From contig JAWQFM010000018.1 in assembly GCA_033442325.1 (NCBI GenBank), forward strand, positions 843,172 through 907,171: a stretch of 64,000 bases of DNA, read 5' to 3'. This document shows, one piece after another, positions 20,135 to 33,587 of the stretch; position 1 is the first letter of the stretch, and the number at the start of each line of letters is the position of its first letter. A program made the position numbers and the translations under genes. The DNA is from Salpingoeca rosetta. Taxonomy: Eukaryota > Protista > Choanoflagellata. The notes below the pieces were generated by a model. The model had not been told where the DNA came from, searched no databases, and saw nothing but the letters and a program-made list of their open reading frames with translations.

Positions 20135-20644
20135 CTCTCTCTCTCTCTCTTTCTCTTTCTCTTTCTCTCTCTCTGTTGCACCTTGCATGCGCTGCTGTTG
20201 TGACCGCCCCCGCCTAATCTTGTCAACACTGCCCTCATCGCTGCTGTTGTCACAACAATTACAGGCGTGACGGGAAGCGGACTTGGGATAACAAGCAACA
20301 TCGGGCCATCGTCGTGAGTGGGCGGCACTGCACTCTTGTTGCCTGCAGGCATGCACTCCATGGCGTGCTGTCGTGTTGACATCACCCGAACACCCTCGCC
20401 CAAACAGGTATATTCCTCCTCAAACTCTCACTCACACTCCCGCATCACATCATCTACCCAATTCAGGTCTGGCGTGTTTGAGTCGTCGGCGTCGCGTTCG
20501 TTCTCGTCATATTCGCAAACGGCCGCTAATCGCCTTGCAAAGATCCCAGACCTCAAGGTGCACACAAGAGGAGAGGGGGGGGGGGCAAGAGAGAGGGTTT
20601 GTGTGTGTGTATTTGTGTGTTTGTGTGTTTGTGTGTTTGTGTGT

Positions 20645-20687
<43 letters not shown>

Positions 20688-21690
20688 TGAGTGAGTGTGT
20701 GTGTGTGAGTGAGTGTGTGTGTGAGTGTGTGTGTGAAGTAGTTGTTTTGTCCAACTGAGGCTGTAGAGAGTGTATTTCATTATCACATTCCTACATAGTT
20801 GGGAGCCTTGGTTTCACATCACATCACTCACCACTTCGAGACATACACACACGCACACACGCATACACGTGCCCAGCTTGCGTGCTTGTTCCAGATGTAC
20901 ATTGCCCACCACCGCGCCAAGGACATGGCGGACACGGCTGGACAGGAGTTCCGGCTGGTTCGTCGGCGCCTTGATCTTGCGCAACATCGCATCCACCAGT
21001 GGAAGGACAACAAAATTGGGGATTGGGGCATTCGCTTGCAGCAGGTGCAGTTGCCACCGTCGTTGGTGGCGGTGATGCGTTTGAAGTGGGTGTGAGATTG
21101 AGAGAGTGGGTGTGAGGGAGGGTGTGAATGGGAGAGTTGAGTGGGTATGAGGGTGGCTGAAAATGCGTCCATGTGAGTGTTAGACAGATGGAGACAGGCG
21201 GAGATTGAAAGAGACCGGCCACGAATGCACTGTTTGATACACGTGTTTGTTTCGCCTGCGTACCATTCATGTGTCATTATCCACACAGTTCCCCATCCTA
21301 CCCTCACTGCACATTCCCAAACCACCATCGCGATCATCAGCTTGCTGCCATCCAGGACCAGCTGTCGCTCCTCGTCGCCGCCATTCAACCAGCGGACAGC
21401 GGCACCTCCGTCCCGCAAACGGATGTGTCAGAGACCACCGGTGCTGGAACGAGGTGCGGACATGTTTGGGCAGGGGATTGCTGCGGTTATTGTCGGGCTG
21501 TGTGGGAGCTTAGTTGGCCGGGGTGTGCAAGTCGAGTCATCATGCCACCGCATCACACTCACATGCAAGCATATGAACCGCATTTACGCACAGTCTTTCA
21601 CGCACACACAATGTCTGATGCCCACAATCATAGATACACGTCCACACACACACACACACACACACTCACACACACACACACACTTACTCA

Positions 21691-21722
<32 letters not shown>

Positions 21723-22395
21723 CTCACTCACTCACTCACTCACTCACTCATGTATTATCTCTGTCGCCTCTTCCTCCCCTCTTGTTGTGTGCAGCCCCTC
21801 TGGCACGACGCTTGCAACTGCTCACAGCAGCGCGACGTTTGGGTCTGTATCGCCCGGCGCGAGCCACGAGTCTGTGATGCGTTCTCGATTCGGCGGTGGC
21901 CGCATGCGCAGGCGAAGCACCCTGGTGAGCAGTTGGCGGAAAGGAAGGGAGTGGAGATAGAGAGCTGTGTGTATGTGCGTACGTGTGTGTGTGTGTGTGT
22001 GCGTGTGTGTGTACGCGTGTGGTTGTACGAGTGTGGATGTGTGTGTGTGCACGCGTGTGGATATGTGTTCACTTGTGCTTGTGCGTCCATGGTTGCCCAA
22101 CGCTGCGTTCTCACACGCACATATGCGCCCTTCACGCGCACATAAATGCCTTTCACACGCATCCCTGATCAACTCCCCTCCCCCCCTCCTTTCCTCCACT
22201 CCATCAGACGTTTGGGGAGGCGAGCGACAAGTACTGGTCGGCGAGCATCACGTCTGGTCTTGAGTCCACAGTCGACAGCTCGTGGCTCGTCACACCGCAC
22301 TCCCTCGTTCTTCAGGCCACCAGGGCACACAAGTACGACATGCGTGCCGTTTGGGATGTGGGGTGGTCGTTGTGCTGTGCTGTGTGTGCTGTGCT

Positions 22396-22462
<67 letters not shown>

Positions 22463-22849
22463 CGTGTGTGTGTTGGGGGGGGGGTTCGGTTTGTACAAGT
22501 ACCCTGGTGTACATTGTCGTGGTTTCCACTTGCCATCATGAACCGTTTCAGTTTCACTTCACACCAACGCACACCAACGCACACCAACCACCACCACCTC
22601 CTCCTCGCCAGGGGGCCTAGTTTGGTGCCGACGGAGACAGACGGAGCATCACACCATGCGGGCGGACACGACGCAAAAAACAGCAGCAGCGACGGTGCTG
22701 GTCACGGTCACGCTAGTAGCAGCATGGGAAGCAGGAAGGACAGCAGCAACAGCGGTGGTGGTGATGGCGAGCCAGCACGCAAGAGTGGTAGCAAGGGCAC
22801 CGCCCCCTCAACCCCAACAGCATCAACCCCCGTCACCACCGCCTCTACC

Positions 22850-22883
<34 letters not shown>

Positions 22884-23323
22884 TGACTGCAGCGAGTGCA
22901 GTTGCAGCACCTTTGGGTGCAGCGCGACCAGGGCGACCGCAGCTCTCGTCTCGCTCGCGACTGCACACACCAACAACACCAACAACACCAACAACAACGG
23001 CGGCGACGACGACGACGATGGCAACTTCCATGACAGCACAGCCATTGTCGCAACCATTGTCGCAGCAGCAGCAGCAGCAGCAACAACAACAACAGCGTGG
23101 TGGCACGCCCATTCTGTCTCGGTCGATGCCGCTATCACCGCACCCCAACACCGCAGCGAGCAGGGCGGGCGCCAGCACGACCACAAGTGGCAGCAGTGGC
23201 GGTGGCGGTGTGAATGCGAATGTGTTTATGCAGGCGTTGAATGAGATTTCGCAACCGGCGCATCGGTCCTTGAGTCCGACTGCAGCAACTCGCACGCGCG
23301 ATCTCAAACTCCCGCCCCTCTAG
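17029..23323 (+). CDS. Uncharacterised multi-exon coiled-coil protein with low-complexity N- and C-termini
   Basis: About 14 GC-rich exon blocks bounded by GT/AG, e.g. QQLESLRREAETQHLQ, KMRDLQRAHRQLQTA|HEEALTELSELRRENRELKK, MYIAHHRAKDMADTAGQEFRLVRRRLDLAQHRIHQW. Ends RDLKLPPL-stop. No family recognised; it could be more than one gene. Confidence 0.6.
17577..17820 (+). repeat. (TTG)n/(CTG)n intronic microsatellite
   Basis: Direct reading; lies near the 5' end of intron 1 of the orphan gene. Confidence 0.95.
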
Positions 23324-23954
23324 CTTAGACAACAGCGTGTGTGTGTGTGTGTATGTGTGTGTGTGTGTTTGGGTGTGCGTGTATGTGTGTGTGTGTGTGT
23401 GTGTGTGCGTGTGTGTATGTATATGTGTGTGCTGCATCCCTCTTTGTGAATGTTGCATTCCCCTATGTAAGTGTGCGTCCCTGGGAGCGAAACGCTGGCA
23501 GTGCCAGGCACAATACCAACAGTAAACGAATGATTCATGGGAGGCGACAGCACGGAATGTGTTGTTTTGTTTGTTTAGTTGCAGGTGCAGGTGGTTAAAG
23601 AGCAGGGAAAGGAATTGGGGGGGGGGGGTTGGCGGCTGTGATAAAACATTGGCAGTTACAGCAGCAACGCAGACAAGACAAGGAAGGAACGAACCAAGGC
23701 ACACGCACACGCACGCACACATGCACAAACAAACAAACAAACGAACAAACAAACGAACAAAACAAACAAACGAACAAGCAAAGAACGCACACAAACAACG
23801 CACACACACACACAAACAAACAAACAAACACGGACACACACACACACACACACACACAAACAAACAAACAAACAAACAAACAAACAAACAAACACGGACA
23901 CACACACAAAAACAAACAAACAACACACACACGCACACAAAACAAAACAAATGG

Positions 23955-24860
23955 TCAGAGGAGCTTGAAGTGGGAGATGGAGTCGAGGATCCATTGCCGC
24001 GTAACGCAGCGGACGCGGTGACGACGGTGCTTCCGCGCCAACCTGTTGATGAGGATGACACGATGGTGGGGGTGGTGGTGGAATACAAGTCGTGGAATAA
24101 GTGGAAGCTTGCAGTGGATGGGTGGATGAGAGGGATTGGAAGAGGGCGTCGACAGCTGGTGCCTGAATACCACACGCATGCAAGAGCACTCATGCATCAT
24201 GCATCATCACCATCACCTGTCGCAGTCTGCCTCGTCGGCAGCGACGATGAACGTCTCTGGCGACATTGCATCGGCGGCGTGATGCGGGCGGTGCGTCACG
24301 GCTGCAAACTCCGCCGTCGTCCCAAGCGGCTCCCGACACAGCACCTGCGTGTGTTTGTGTGGTTGTGTGTGTATTTGCGCGTTGTGCGCGTGTGTGTTGT
24401 GTGCATGTGTGTTGTGTGGATATGTCAGTCTTGATTGCGACTGCTTGAAGGTGTGTGTACGATTGTGTTTGTACTCTTCGTGTCTGCATGCGTACATGTT
24501 TTCACCAGTTACACTTCCTCATATCTCATGCCCCCAACACTTTCACCACCACCACCACCACCACCACCACCACCACCACCACCACCACCACCACCATCAC
24601 CACCACCACCACAGCACGCAGACACACGCCTCCCCACGTCCCAACACCCCGCCCCCCCCCCCAACACGCCTCTCCTCACCACCCTACATCACCCCACCTT
24701 GCCGTGTCCAAGGGTGACGAGTGCCCGCAGGTCCTTAACGGCGGGTCGGCCAGCAGCAGCAGCGCCAGGGGGCGACTTGGCGAAATAGAACGAGCAGCCG
24801 GCAAACAGACGTGGCTCCTATTGGTGATGATGATGATGGTGGTGGTGATGATAAAGACGG

Positions 24861-24896
<36 letters not shown>

Positions 24897-25573
24897 GGTG
24901 GTGGTGGTGGTGGTGGTGGTCAGATCAAAAACCATAGGGTGATGCAAGATCGAATGCAAGTGCACATATGGTGATTTTGTGACGGGCAATCCCCCACGAT
25001 TCAATCAACTTACGTCGTTGAGGCGAGAGAGTCGGCTGCGAATTGCTCCACCCTGAACAAAAAAAACAATGCACCATGCAACCAAGTCAGTGAGCCCAGT
25101 CGAAGACACACACACACACACACACATGCACACACACACACCCATGCACACACACGCACCTCCGCGACGGTATCTGCCTTGACTTCGTACGTCTCCTCTG
25201 CCAACCACGCGCCCTTTTTGTCGCTCGCATATACCCCTGCACACACGCGCGCACACACGCATCATATCAGCGCCAGGAAATCACGCAACAACAGCTGACA
25301 GTGCGCGTCACTGCCCATACTCACTCCCCCGTTCCACCACCACCACCACCATCACCACCAACACCATCCTCTTAAACCTCCTCGAACAACAACAACAGCA
25401 GCAGCAGCAACACGGATCGCACATGCAGCATCGAGGACCCAGCATCCGAGCAGAATGCCTTGAAAGTACTTGATGGTCCTCTTGACACGCCCATCGTCGT
25501 TGAGCGCCGTCAGCACATGTGTCACTGCAATTGGACACAGCAGGGGTGAGGAAGGAAGTACGCCGGGTGTCAG

Positions 25574-25608
<35 letters not shown>

Positions 25609-26216
25609 TTCGTATTTGTGTGTGTGCGAACAAGAACATCTGGAAAGAAGGAAAGACGACAGCAAGCGCAACACACACACACACACGTATGCACAGTCAC
25701 AACCACCCACACGCACACATGCACACATCCGGCTGCCGACCTCCTTGTGTGATGTTGGTCTGCACTTCACCGCCCAGATTGCGACACGCCCGCTGCGTCT
25801 TGCGCTGTGGTACGATGAGCAGAGTCAAAGTGGTGTTGCGTTGTTCGGAAGAATAAACAATGGGGAGGAAGTGTTAGCATGCATTCCGCGTAACGTTACA
25901 TTCACGCACGCACGCACATATTGCTTACATGCTCGCATGCACAGACAGTGCACAGCGCGGCGCACACAATACATACATACACACACACAATACACACACA
26001 GTGCACAGACAGTGCACAGCGCGGCGCACCCTGAGGTCGTCGTTGACGGCGGTGATGGTGAGGATCGGGTGGGCGACATCAGACAGCGCATCGCCACTCA
26101 CGCCGCTCGCCTGCGACGCCTGCAGATGCAAAAGGTGGAGCGTTGCGTGTCATGTGTGGGGGGATGATGATGTGATGGAAGGGAAAGACGTGAGGAGTGG
26201 TTGAAGTGTCAGCACG

Positions 26217-26273
<57 letters not shown>

Positions 26274-26547
26274 GCGCGCCCAAAAGCAAGCAGGTGTGAA
26301 CCTCCATCACGCTTCAGCTCACCGGCAAGCTCGACGGCTCCACGTCTGGTTCATCCCCATCATCACCGTCATGACCATCACCATCTTGACCTTCACCTTC
26401 ACCGTCATCATCATCATCGGCACCATCGGCACCATCAAAGAGCACGAGCGTGCCCCCTGGTCCAAACAGCGGCGCTGACTCCACGCTCTCGCACGCACCG
26501 CGCCCACCACCACCTGACGTTGAGCTTGATGCTACTGTTGTTGTTGC

Positions 26548-26593
<46 letters not shown>

Positions 26594-27556
26594 GCTGTTG
26601 CTGTTGTTGCTGTACCCGCGCCACCTGTTGGATGTGTTGTTGGTGTTGCTGGCTCTGTTGCGTGTGTGGTCGTCGTCGTTGCCGCGGTCAAGGACTGCTT
26701 GAGGGATTCGTTTGGACAGACGTCCAAGGGGGTGTGACCCTGTGCATTCTTCACATCGACGCGCGCACCGCGCTCCACCAACAGCTGTTGCGCAGACACA
26801 ACACGACACACACGGCGGTCGTGAGGGCGATGTGATGATCGAAGTGGTATGTTGTTAGTTGTGGTGGTGCGTGGTAACGTAACAAACATACGTATGAGTC
26901 GGGTTGATTCGCGCGTGCATACATACATGTACAAGCCCGCACACGAACACATGTCATCAGCGCGTGTGCATGTTGCTGTCGCTCACCAGCGCAATCTCTG
27001 GTGCATTTGCGCAAATTGCGTCATGCAGGGGTGTGTCGCCTTCAATGGTGGCAGTGGCGTTCACATTCGCACCAGCATCCAGCAGCGCCCACACAATAGG
27101 CTCTGATGCAATCTGACACGCCTCATGCTGCGATGTGATGTGTATGTGTGTATGTGTGTGAGTGTAGGCGTGTGTGTGTGCGTGTGTGCGAGTACGCATG
27201 TGTATGTGCATGTGCATGTGTGCTCATGTGTTTGGGTATACGTGTGTGTGTGTGTATGTGGAAGTGAGATACAGTCATGTCGCGTCCAAGTCACTCACAA
27301 TCACCTTCTCCCGACCACCTCGTCACACAATCACAACTACCACTCCCCTTTCCACCCCTCCCACCTCCCCTCCCAAGCACCCGTCTGCTACACCAGCGCG
27401 CATCCCCCCACCAGAGGCGTCCAGCCTGCGTGGTCGGCGTGATTGGCGTTGGCGCCGGCTGTCAACAGCTCCTGCACACGCGTCAACTGCCCTTTCTTGC
27501 ATGCAACCTGCAGCGCCGTCTCGCCGTGCTGGTTCACCCGCTCCTTCTAGTGGTGG

Positions 27557-27618
<62 letters not shown>

Positions 27619-27631
27619 GTGATGATGATGG

Positions 27632-27698
<67 letters not shown>

Positions 27699-29506
27699 GG
27701 TGGTGGTGGTGGTGGTGGTGTATGAGTTGAGTGGGAATGGATACAGTCCACTTCTTCAGCAGAACTCCAACCACACAGATAAACACGCGCACACATCCAA
27801 ACACGCCGCACCCCCACCTTTGGCTGCTTCTGCTTTACGCGTGTGTTGGTTGTGCGGCGGTGGCGAACAGGCGTGGCTACTTTCGATGACAATGATGGTG
27901 ATGTTCTTGTTGATGATGATGCTTCCCTCGTGTCAGCCTTGCGAGCTCTGCTTTGCCGCTGCCTCTGCTGCTTCTTGGGCTGCTTGCCATCTTTGTTGTG
28001 TGCAGTGTGCCGCGCTGTCCTGCCATTTGCTGCACTCCCACTCGTCTTGGCCCTCTTGCTGCGCACCGGCCGTGCATCCTCTTCATCCTCTTCATCCTGT
28101 TCATCCTCTTCACCTTCATCTTCATCTTCGCGTTTGCCACGGTTGTGACGTTTACCACCTCCACTGCCGGCGGCCTTGCCACTGCCGCTGCCTCCCTCCT
28201 CCTCAGCCCTACCCTCTTCGTCGTCTTGTTCCTCTGCCATGGCGGTGCTGGTGCTGGTGGTGGTGTTGTTGCTTCGCTTGGGCGTTGCCTTCACCCGCCG
28301 CGGCTGTGTCGGCTGTGTCGGCTGTGCCTGATCCGCACGTTCACTCACCACCCCGCCCGTGTTGGTCACCGTTGTGAGGGGAGCGCCGCGGCGACGTGTG
28401 CCGTTCTGTGTTGCCAACTTCCTGGCCCCCTTATTCTTCCTGTTGTTTGCCTTTCCGCGGGTGCTGATTGCAGCATACTCGTCGCCTGCCTGGCTCGGTG
28501 GGACGCTCCCCAGCTTCAGTTGGGAGCCGGCGATGGAGGGCGGGTCTTGCGTCTCCATCAGCTTCTCCATCGTCTTGACAAACAGCACCACCTCCGAAAT
28601 CTACACAGAGAATGGGGGGTTGGGGGGTTGGGGGTTGGGAGGGAAAGTGTGTCGGGAGGTGAAAGGCAAGCGAGTGTGGGTGAAGAAGGAAGCAGGAGAG
28701 ATGACGGTGTGCGACACGACAATTGCGCAAGTGGGCACACCCAGACGCACGCAATTAAAGGGAGAGCGAGAGAGCAACGAATGGATGCAATGGCAACTAC
28801 ATTGCTAGCAACAGCATAGCTGGCAAGCAGCAACATAGCCACGCATTACAAACCTGGTCACTTTCGACAATGTCACGGGGAAAGCTGGGCCGCTTGCACT
28901 CGGGACACACGCTGTTGTCCTCCAGTGCTTCAACGATGCACTCCCTGTGATGCGAGTCAAGGCAGAGGGAGAGAAAGGGAGAGAAGGGGGTGTGAGGGGG
29001 GGGGGCGAAGAGAAGCTGGCTTGCAGGTTGGCGTGGGTGCAAACTCGTGTGTAAGCTCGTGTGCATGTGGTTTGGACGTGTGCAAGTACCGCTGAACGCA
29101 CTTGCAGAAGAGATGATCGCACTCCAGGAGACAGCGTGGTTCCTCAGGCATGTTGCAGCTGTAAAGAGGACGCGAGCGCGGAGAGCGAGATAGAGAGAGG
29201 TGGGGTTGGTGAAGAGGTGCAGGAAGCAGCAAGCGGGAAAGAGAGATGGGGGGGGAAGGCAGGGAGAAGGAGAGGGGTAGGGAGAGAGGGGGAGGCAGGG
29301 AGAAAGGGAGAGGAGAGAGGAGAGGAGGGGAGAGGAGGCAGGGAGAAGGAGGGGAGGCAGGGAGAAGGTGGGAGGCAGCGAGGTGGGAGACAGGGCAGGC
29401 ACACAGACAGACACACAGACACACACACACACACAGACAGAGAGACAGACACACACACACACGCACGCACACACACACACACAGACACAGACACAGACAC
29501 AGACAC

Positions 29507-29581
<75 letters not shown>

Positions 29582-29731
29582 CACACGCACACACACACAC
29601 ACACATGTACACACAGACACACAGACACACACACAGTACACCGAGCGCACTCACCAGAGACGACAGCGCGCTGCGTTGCGCACAGCGGCCATCCCCGCCA
29701 CACTTTCGCGCCATTCGCGGCTCACATCCAT
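23955..29731 (-). CDS. BARD1: BARD1-like protein: RING, ankyrin repeats and tandem BRCT
   Basis: Spliced [46 protein letters not shown]. Ankyrins [20 protein letters not shown]...GDTPLHDA...GHTPLD. BRCT VTHVL...[27 protein letters not shown] and terminal [16 protein letters not shown]-stop. The domain order is diagnostic of BARD1. Confidence 0.88.
27551..27720 (+). repeat. (GAT)n/(GGT)n intronic microsatellite in the BARD1-like gene
   Basis: Direct reading; on the sense strand it is (CAC)n(CAT)n running up to the acceptor. Confidence 0.95.
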
Positions 29732-29909
29732 CGTTCTTATCGAAAAATGAACAAGATTTAATGGGATTGTAACGCAGTACACGACATAAAAAAAAAAACC
29801 AGAAGGCAGCAGTCGCGGCTTTCTCTCTCTCTTCCCCTCTCTCTTCCTCCTCTCAACTCTTACGTCACCCACCTCACGTCACCCCACCACCACGCAAACA
29901 GCGCCATCT

Positions 29910-30814
29910 TCAAGCTTGCAGCGCCATCTGCTGGTTAGGGGCTCGAAGAGGGGTGAGGTTAGTTCGCTCCGCAAATGGGAGCTGTCGCTTGGCGCCGGGA
30001 GAGCGTGTGATGTCGTTTGTGTGGCTGTTGGTGTTTGTTGTGGTTTTGAGGGTGATGAGCGGAGCGGGCACAAACGTGGCGTCCTCTTCTTGCCGCTGCT
30101 GCTGCTGCTGCCCTTGCTGTTGCTGGTCGGTGCTGTCCTCGTAGTCGCTACTGTACATGGAGGATTGTGAGCGCTCGTCCTCGTTTGCAATGGCAGCAAA
30201 CGTTGGGCTCTCGAGGTCGTCCTGCGGCGCGTCCTCGTAGGCGTGGTAGTCGTCTGCTTCGGCGCTGTCTTCCTCGTCCTCTTCCCCATTGTCACCCTCA
30301 TTGCCTTGCTCTGCGATGGGGTGCAGCTGCCTGGTACCCGCGTTGGCTGCGTTCTGGCCAATCTTCGCCTCACGCATGGAGCACATGATGGCGTTTACCG
30401 CGGCCCGCTCGCCTGCTCTGTCGACTTCATCACACGACTCTGTCAGGTCGCAGCACGGCAGCGGCGAGTCGTCTCGCGACTCAATGGGAATCTGCACACA
30501 ATCACATCCAATCGGGCAAGAGTGGGGAAGATGTGTGTGTGTGTGCGTGTGTGCGTGTGTGCGTGCGTGCGTGCGTGCGTGCGTGGGTGTGTGTGTGAGC
30601 TGGAAGAGAAAGCGAGACAGGTTATGAGGGAGGGGAATCATGCGTGTTCCCGATAAGAGAATTGTGTGTGGAGCGAAGCTTACGTAGTCGGAGGTGACGG
30701 GCAGCGGGGTGCGAGGCACTGTTGTCGACTACACATTTGCGTGGCATGAGATGAAGGGAATGCAGGGCGAGCCATTACGGAGCAATGCAGGGTGAGCTAG
30801 TGGGCGACCTTCTT

Positions 30815-30849
<35 letters not shown>

Positions 30850-31000
30850 GGGACACAACAGCACCTCAACACACACACACACACAGACACACGCAAACAC
30901 ACACCGGTGATCGAGGGTCGATGAGACGTGCTTGAAGATGCTTTGATGGGGTGGCGGGCTCTGGTTTGGCCGCGCTACTGCGAGACGCGTTGGCACCCAT
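29910..31000 (-). CDS. Small disordered protein resembling CDCA3/Tome-1; exons 31000-30905, 30728-30684, 30491-29910
   Basis: Spliced N-terminus MGANASRSSAAKPEPATPSKHLQARLIDPRSP|STTVPRTPLPVTSDY|IPIES, all phase 0. It has an MGxxxS myristoylation motif and the KHL..R..DPRSPS....RTP motif recalled from vertebrate CDCA3. Confidence 0.65.
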
Positions 31001-31870
31001 GGCGATGACGATCAATTGATGTTCCAACCGCTGGGTTTTGTGAAGCTGAAGCTGGTGAATGGAGTAGGGAAATGGAAGTGTCGTGGGCACTTGGGGTCTG
31101 TGTGCGTGGCTATGAATCCTTCGTGGGGTTTCCTGTTCAGCACAAGAGAAGAGACACAAGCACAGCAATCAGTCGGGTGAGCGCGGGAGCTCGAATGCAT
31201 CGACCAGAGGCAGAAGCTGTTTCACCAGAGAAGAACACATCAGAGGAGGCAAGGCAAGTCACGCCACAGGGTTCGCTCGGTTGCGTACGGTAGCAGATGA
31301 ATGCGATGCTGCTCTGACAACACAGCACAAGGTCGGGCCAATGCTTGGTGCTTGTTTGGTGCTTGCTTGGTGCTGGTTGCTTGGCTTCGTGTGTGGGTGT
31401 GTGTCTTCTTTCCTGCCTTGCGTCGTCTGTGGTGGTGGTTGGTGATGATGGAGATGGCGTGTGATGCAAGGAGGGGAAAGAAAAGCAAAGGTGAGGGACC
31501 CTTTTCCGGAAGCCTGAAGCTGCCGCAGCTTGCGATTGCTTCTGCTGCTGTTGTGACTGCTTCTGTTTGGTGCTGTGTGTGATTGTTGTGTGCGTGCAGA
31601 TGAGTCAGCGATGGCTGCGTGTCATAGGCTATGTGTATGTGATGATGTTTGGTTGCTTGTTTGCTTGTTTGCTTGTTTGCTTGTGCGTGATGATGATGAC
31701 AATGCCGACCTTGAGGCGTGTGATTCACGATGAGAGAGTGTGTGTGTGGGCTGGCGCAGGGAAGGGTGCGTGTGTTTGAGTGTTTGAGTGAATGGAGGCT
31801 CTTGCTTGGTTTGGTTGCTTGTTCGTCATCGATGTCATCAAACCTTGAACAACCGTCACCCACCTGCGCT

Positions 31871-31885
31871 GCCGCGAAATTTGAA
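31871..31885 (+). promoter_or_regulatory. E2F/CDE plus CHR-like element GCCGCGAAATTTGAA between the divergent CDCA3-like and WDR74 genes
   Basis: GC-rich box immediately 5' of TTTGAA (31880-31885). This is a motif match only. Confidence 0.35.
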
Positions 31886-32034
31886 ATTGCTGCTGACTCA
31901 TCACTATTCGTAATGTGGACAATTTGCTTTGTTATTCGTAAATAATCTACACAGCCACAGCACAGGGTGGAAAGGACCACACGCACGTTGCCGCGAACAG
32001 CCAGACGAACCAACCAAGCAACCAAGCAACCAAG

Positions 32035-33542
32035 ATGAAGGTGGTCACGTGCGACGAGACAGGGCTGGTGAAGACGGTGTCAGTAGAGCGGACGGCTGTG
32101 GAGAGCAAATGGCGCAAGCAGAGCCGGGCAAAGGCGTCGCAGCGCATGTGTTTTGCGCACCAATCCGATGATACGGTGAGGCTCGGGGATGTGTTGTTGT
32201 TGTGGTGTGTTGTGTTGTTATTGTTGTTGTGTTGTTTGTTGTGCACCTTGTGTTTGTGTTGTGTCGTGTTGTTGTTGTGCACCTTGTGTTTGTGTTGTGC
32301 TGTGTTGTGCACCTTGTGTTGTGCTGTGCTTTCTTCCTTGCACGCCACAGGGCCAGCGACCACTGCGCTCATTGACCGACAACCCACTTTGATTTGTGCG
32401 TAGGTGTATTTGGGATTGGCAACCAAGAAGCTGGAAAAGGTGGATTTCCTGAACCGCCATCCGATTAGCTTGACCAAGACGGATGTGGAGTCCTTCGCAG
32501 GGCTTGCCGTCACAGAGAACAGGTGTCATTGCAACAGAGAGGCTGTGGGTTTTTATGGGCGTGTTAGCTTGTGCGTGTGATAGTGCGTGTATGTGAACGC
32601 ACGGATCAGCGTGTGAGCATGTGTGTGTATGTATGTCATTATGTGTACACATGCATTCGTAGTGTGTATTGTGAGCTGGCGTGGTTCGAAATTCACTGCA
32701 CTTGGTCGTGCATGGAATGGCATTCCCAAGTCTCATACGCTGCTCGTATCGACGTGCTGTAGGATTGTCACATGCTGCTCAACGGGTCAGGTTACCCTCC
32801 GCGACCTGAACGCGCCATCGGAAGTTGTGGTACGCACACATGCTTGCGGTTTGTGCGGGAATGAAAGGGTCACTCACGTATGTGCAACAAGAAAGGAGTG
32901 CGCCTTCTTGTTGTGTTGTGTTGTGTTGTGTGTGTGTGTGTGTAAATGAACATGTGTGTGTGTCGTGTGCCTCAGGTTTGTGTCTCATTTCGGTGCGATG
33001 AAACAGGCGACGTTCAAGGGTCACGTGCGCAGCAGCTGCATGAAGTTGGGATTGCAGAACAAGAACATTCTCGCCATGGGCGGCAAGGTGTGTGTGTGTG
33101 TGTGCGGTTGAACTTTTCATCCTGCGTTGCGCGGTGCTTACTGGTTGCAGCTGCGAATCGGCCAGTCCCTGCACGTGCTCACCTGCTCTCTGGCGCCAAT
33201 GAAAACCCGCAGGACGCGGACCTCAGGATATGGGACGTCAACTCGACAGACAAGCAGATCTTCAAGGCAAAGAACGTCAAGAACAACCGCTTGAACCTCC
33301 AGGTCATTGCAGAGCAGTTGCACACGCGCGCATGAGAAACGCATGTGCATACATTGCTGCCTGCTGTGCCTTGATCCCGGTTCTTGCTCACGCCCTCACC
33401 TGTGATGTGTGATGCGATATGTGTGTGCGTGATGTGTGTTCGTAACAGGTTCCCGTGCACATTCGCGACGTCGCGTTTATGCCAAACAGCGATGATCGCG
33501 TCGTAGTCACCGTTTCCGCACACAAACACGTCCGTACATGCA

Positions 33543-33587
<45 letters not shown>

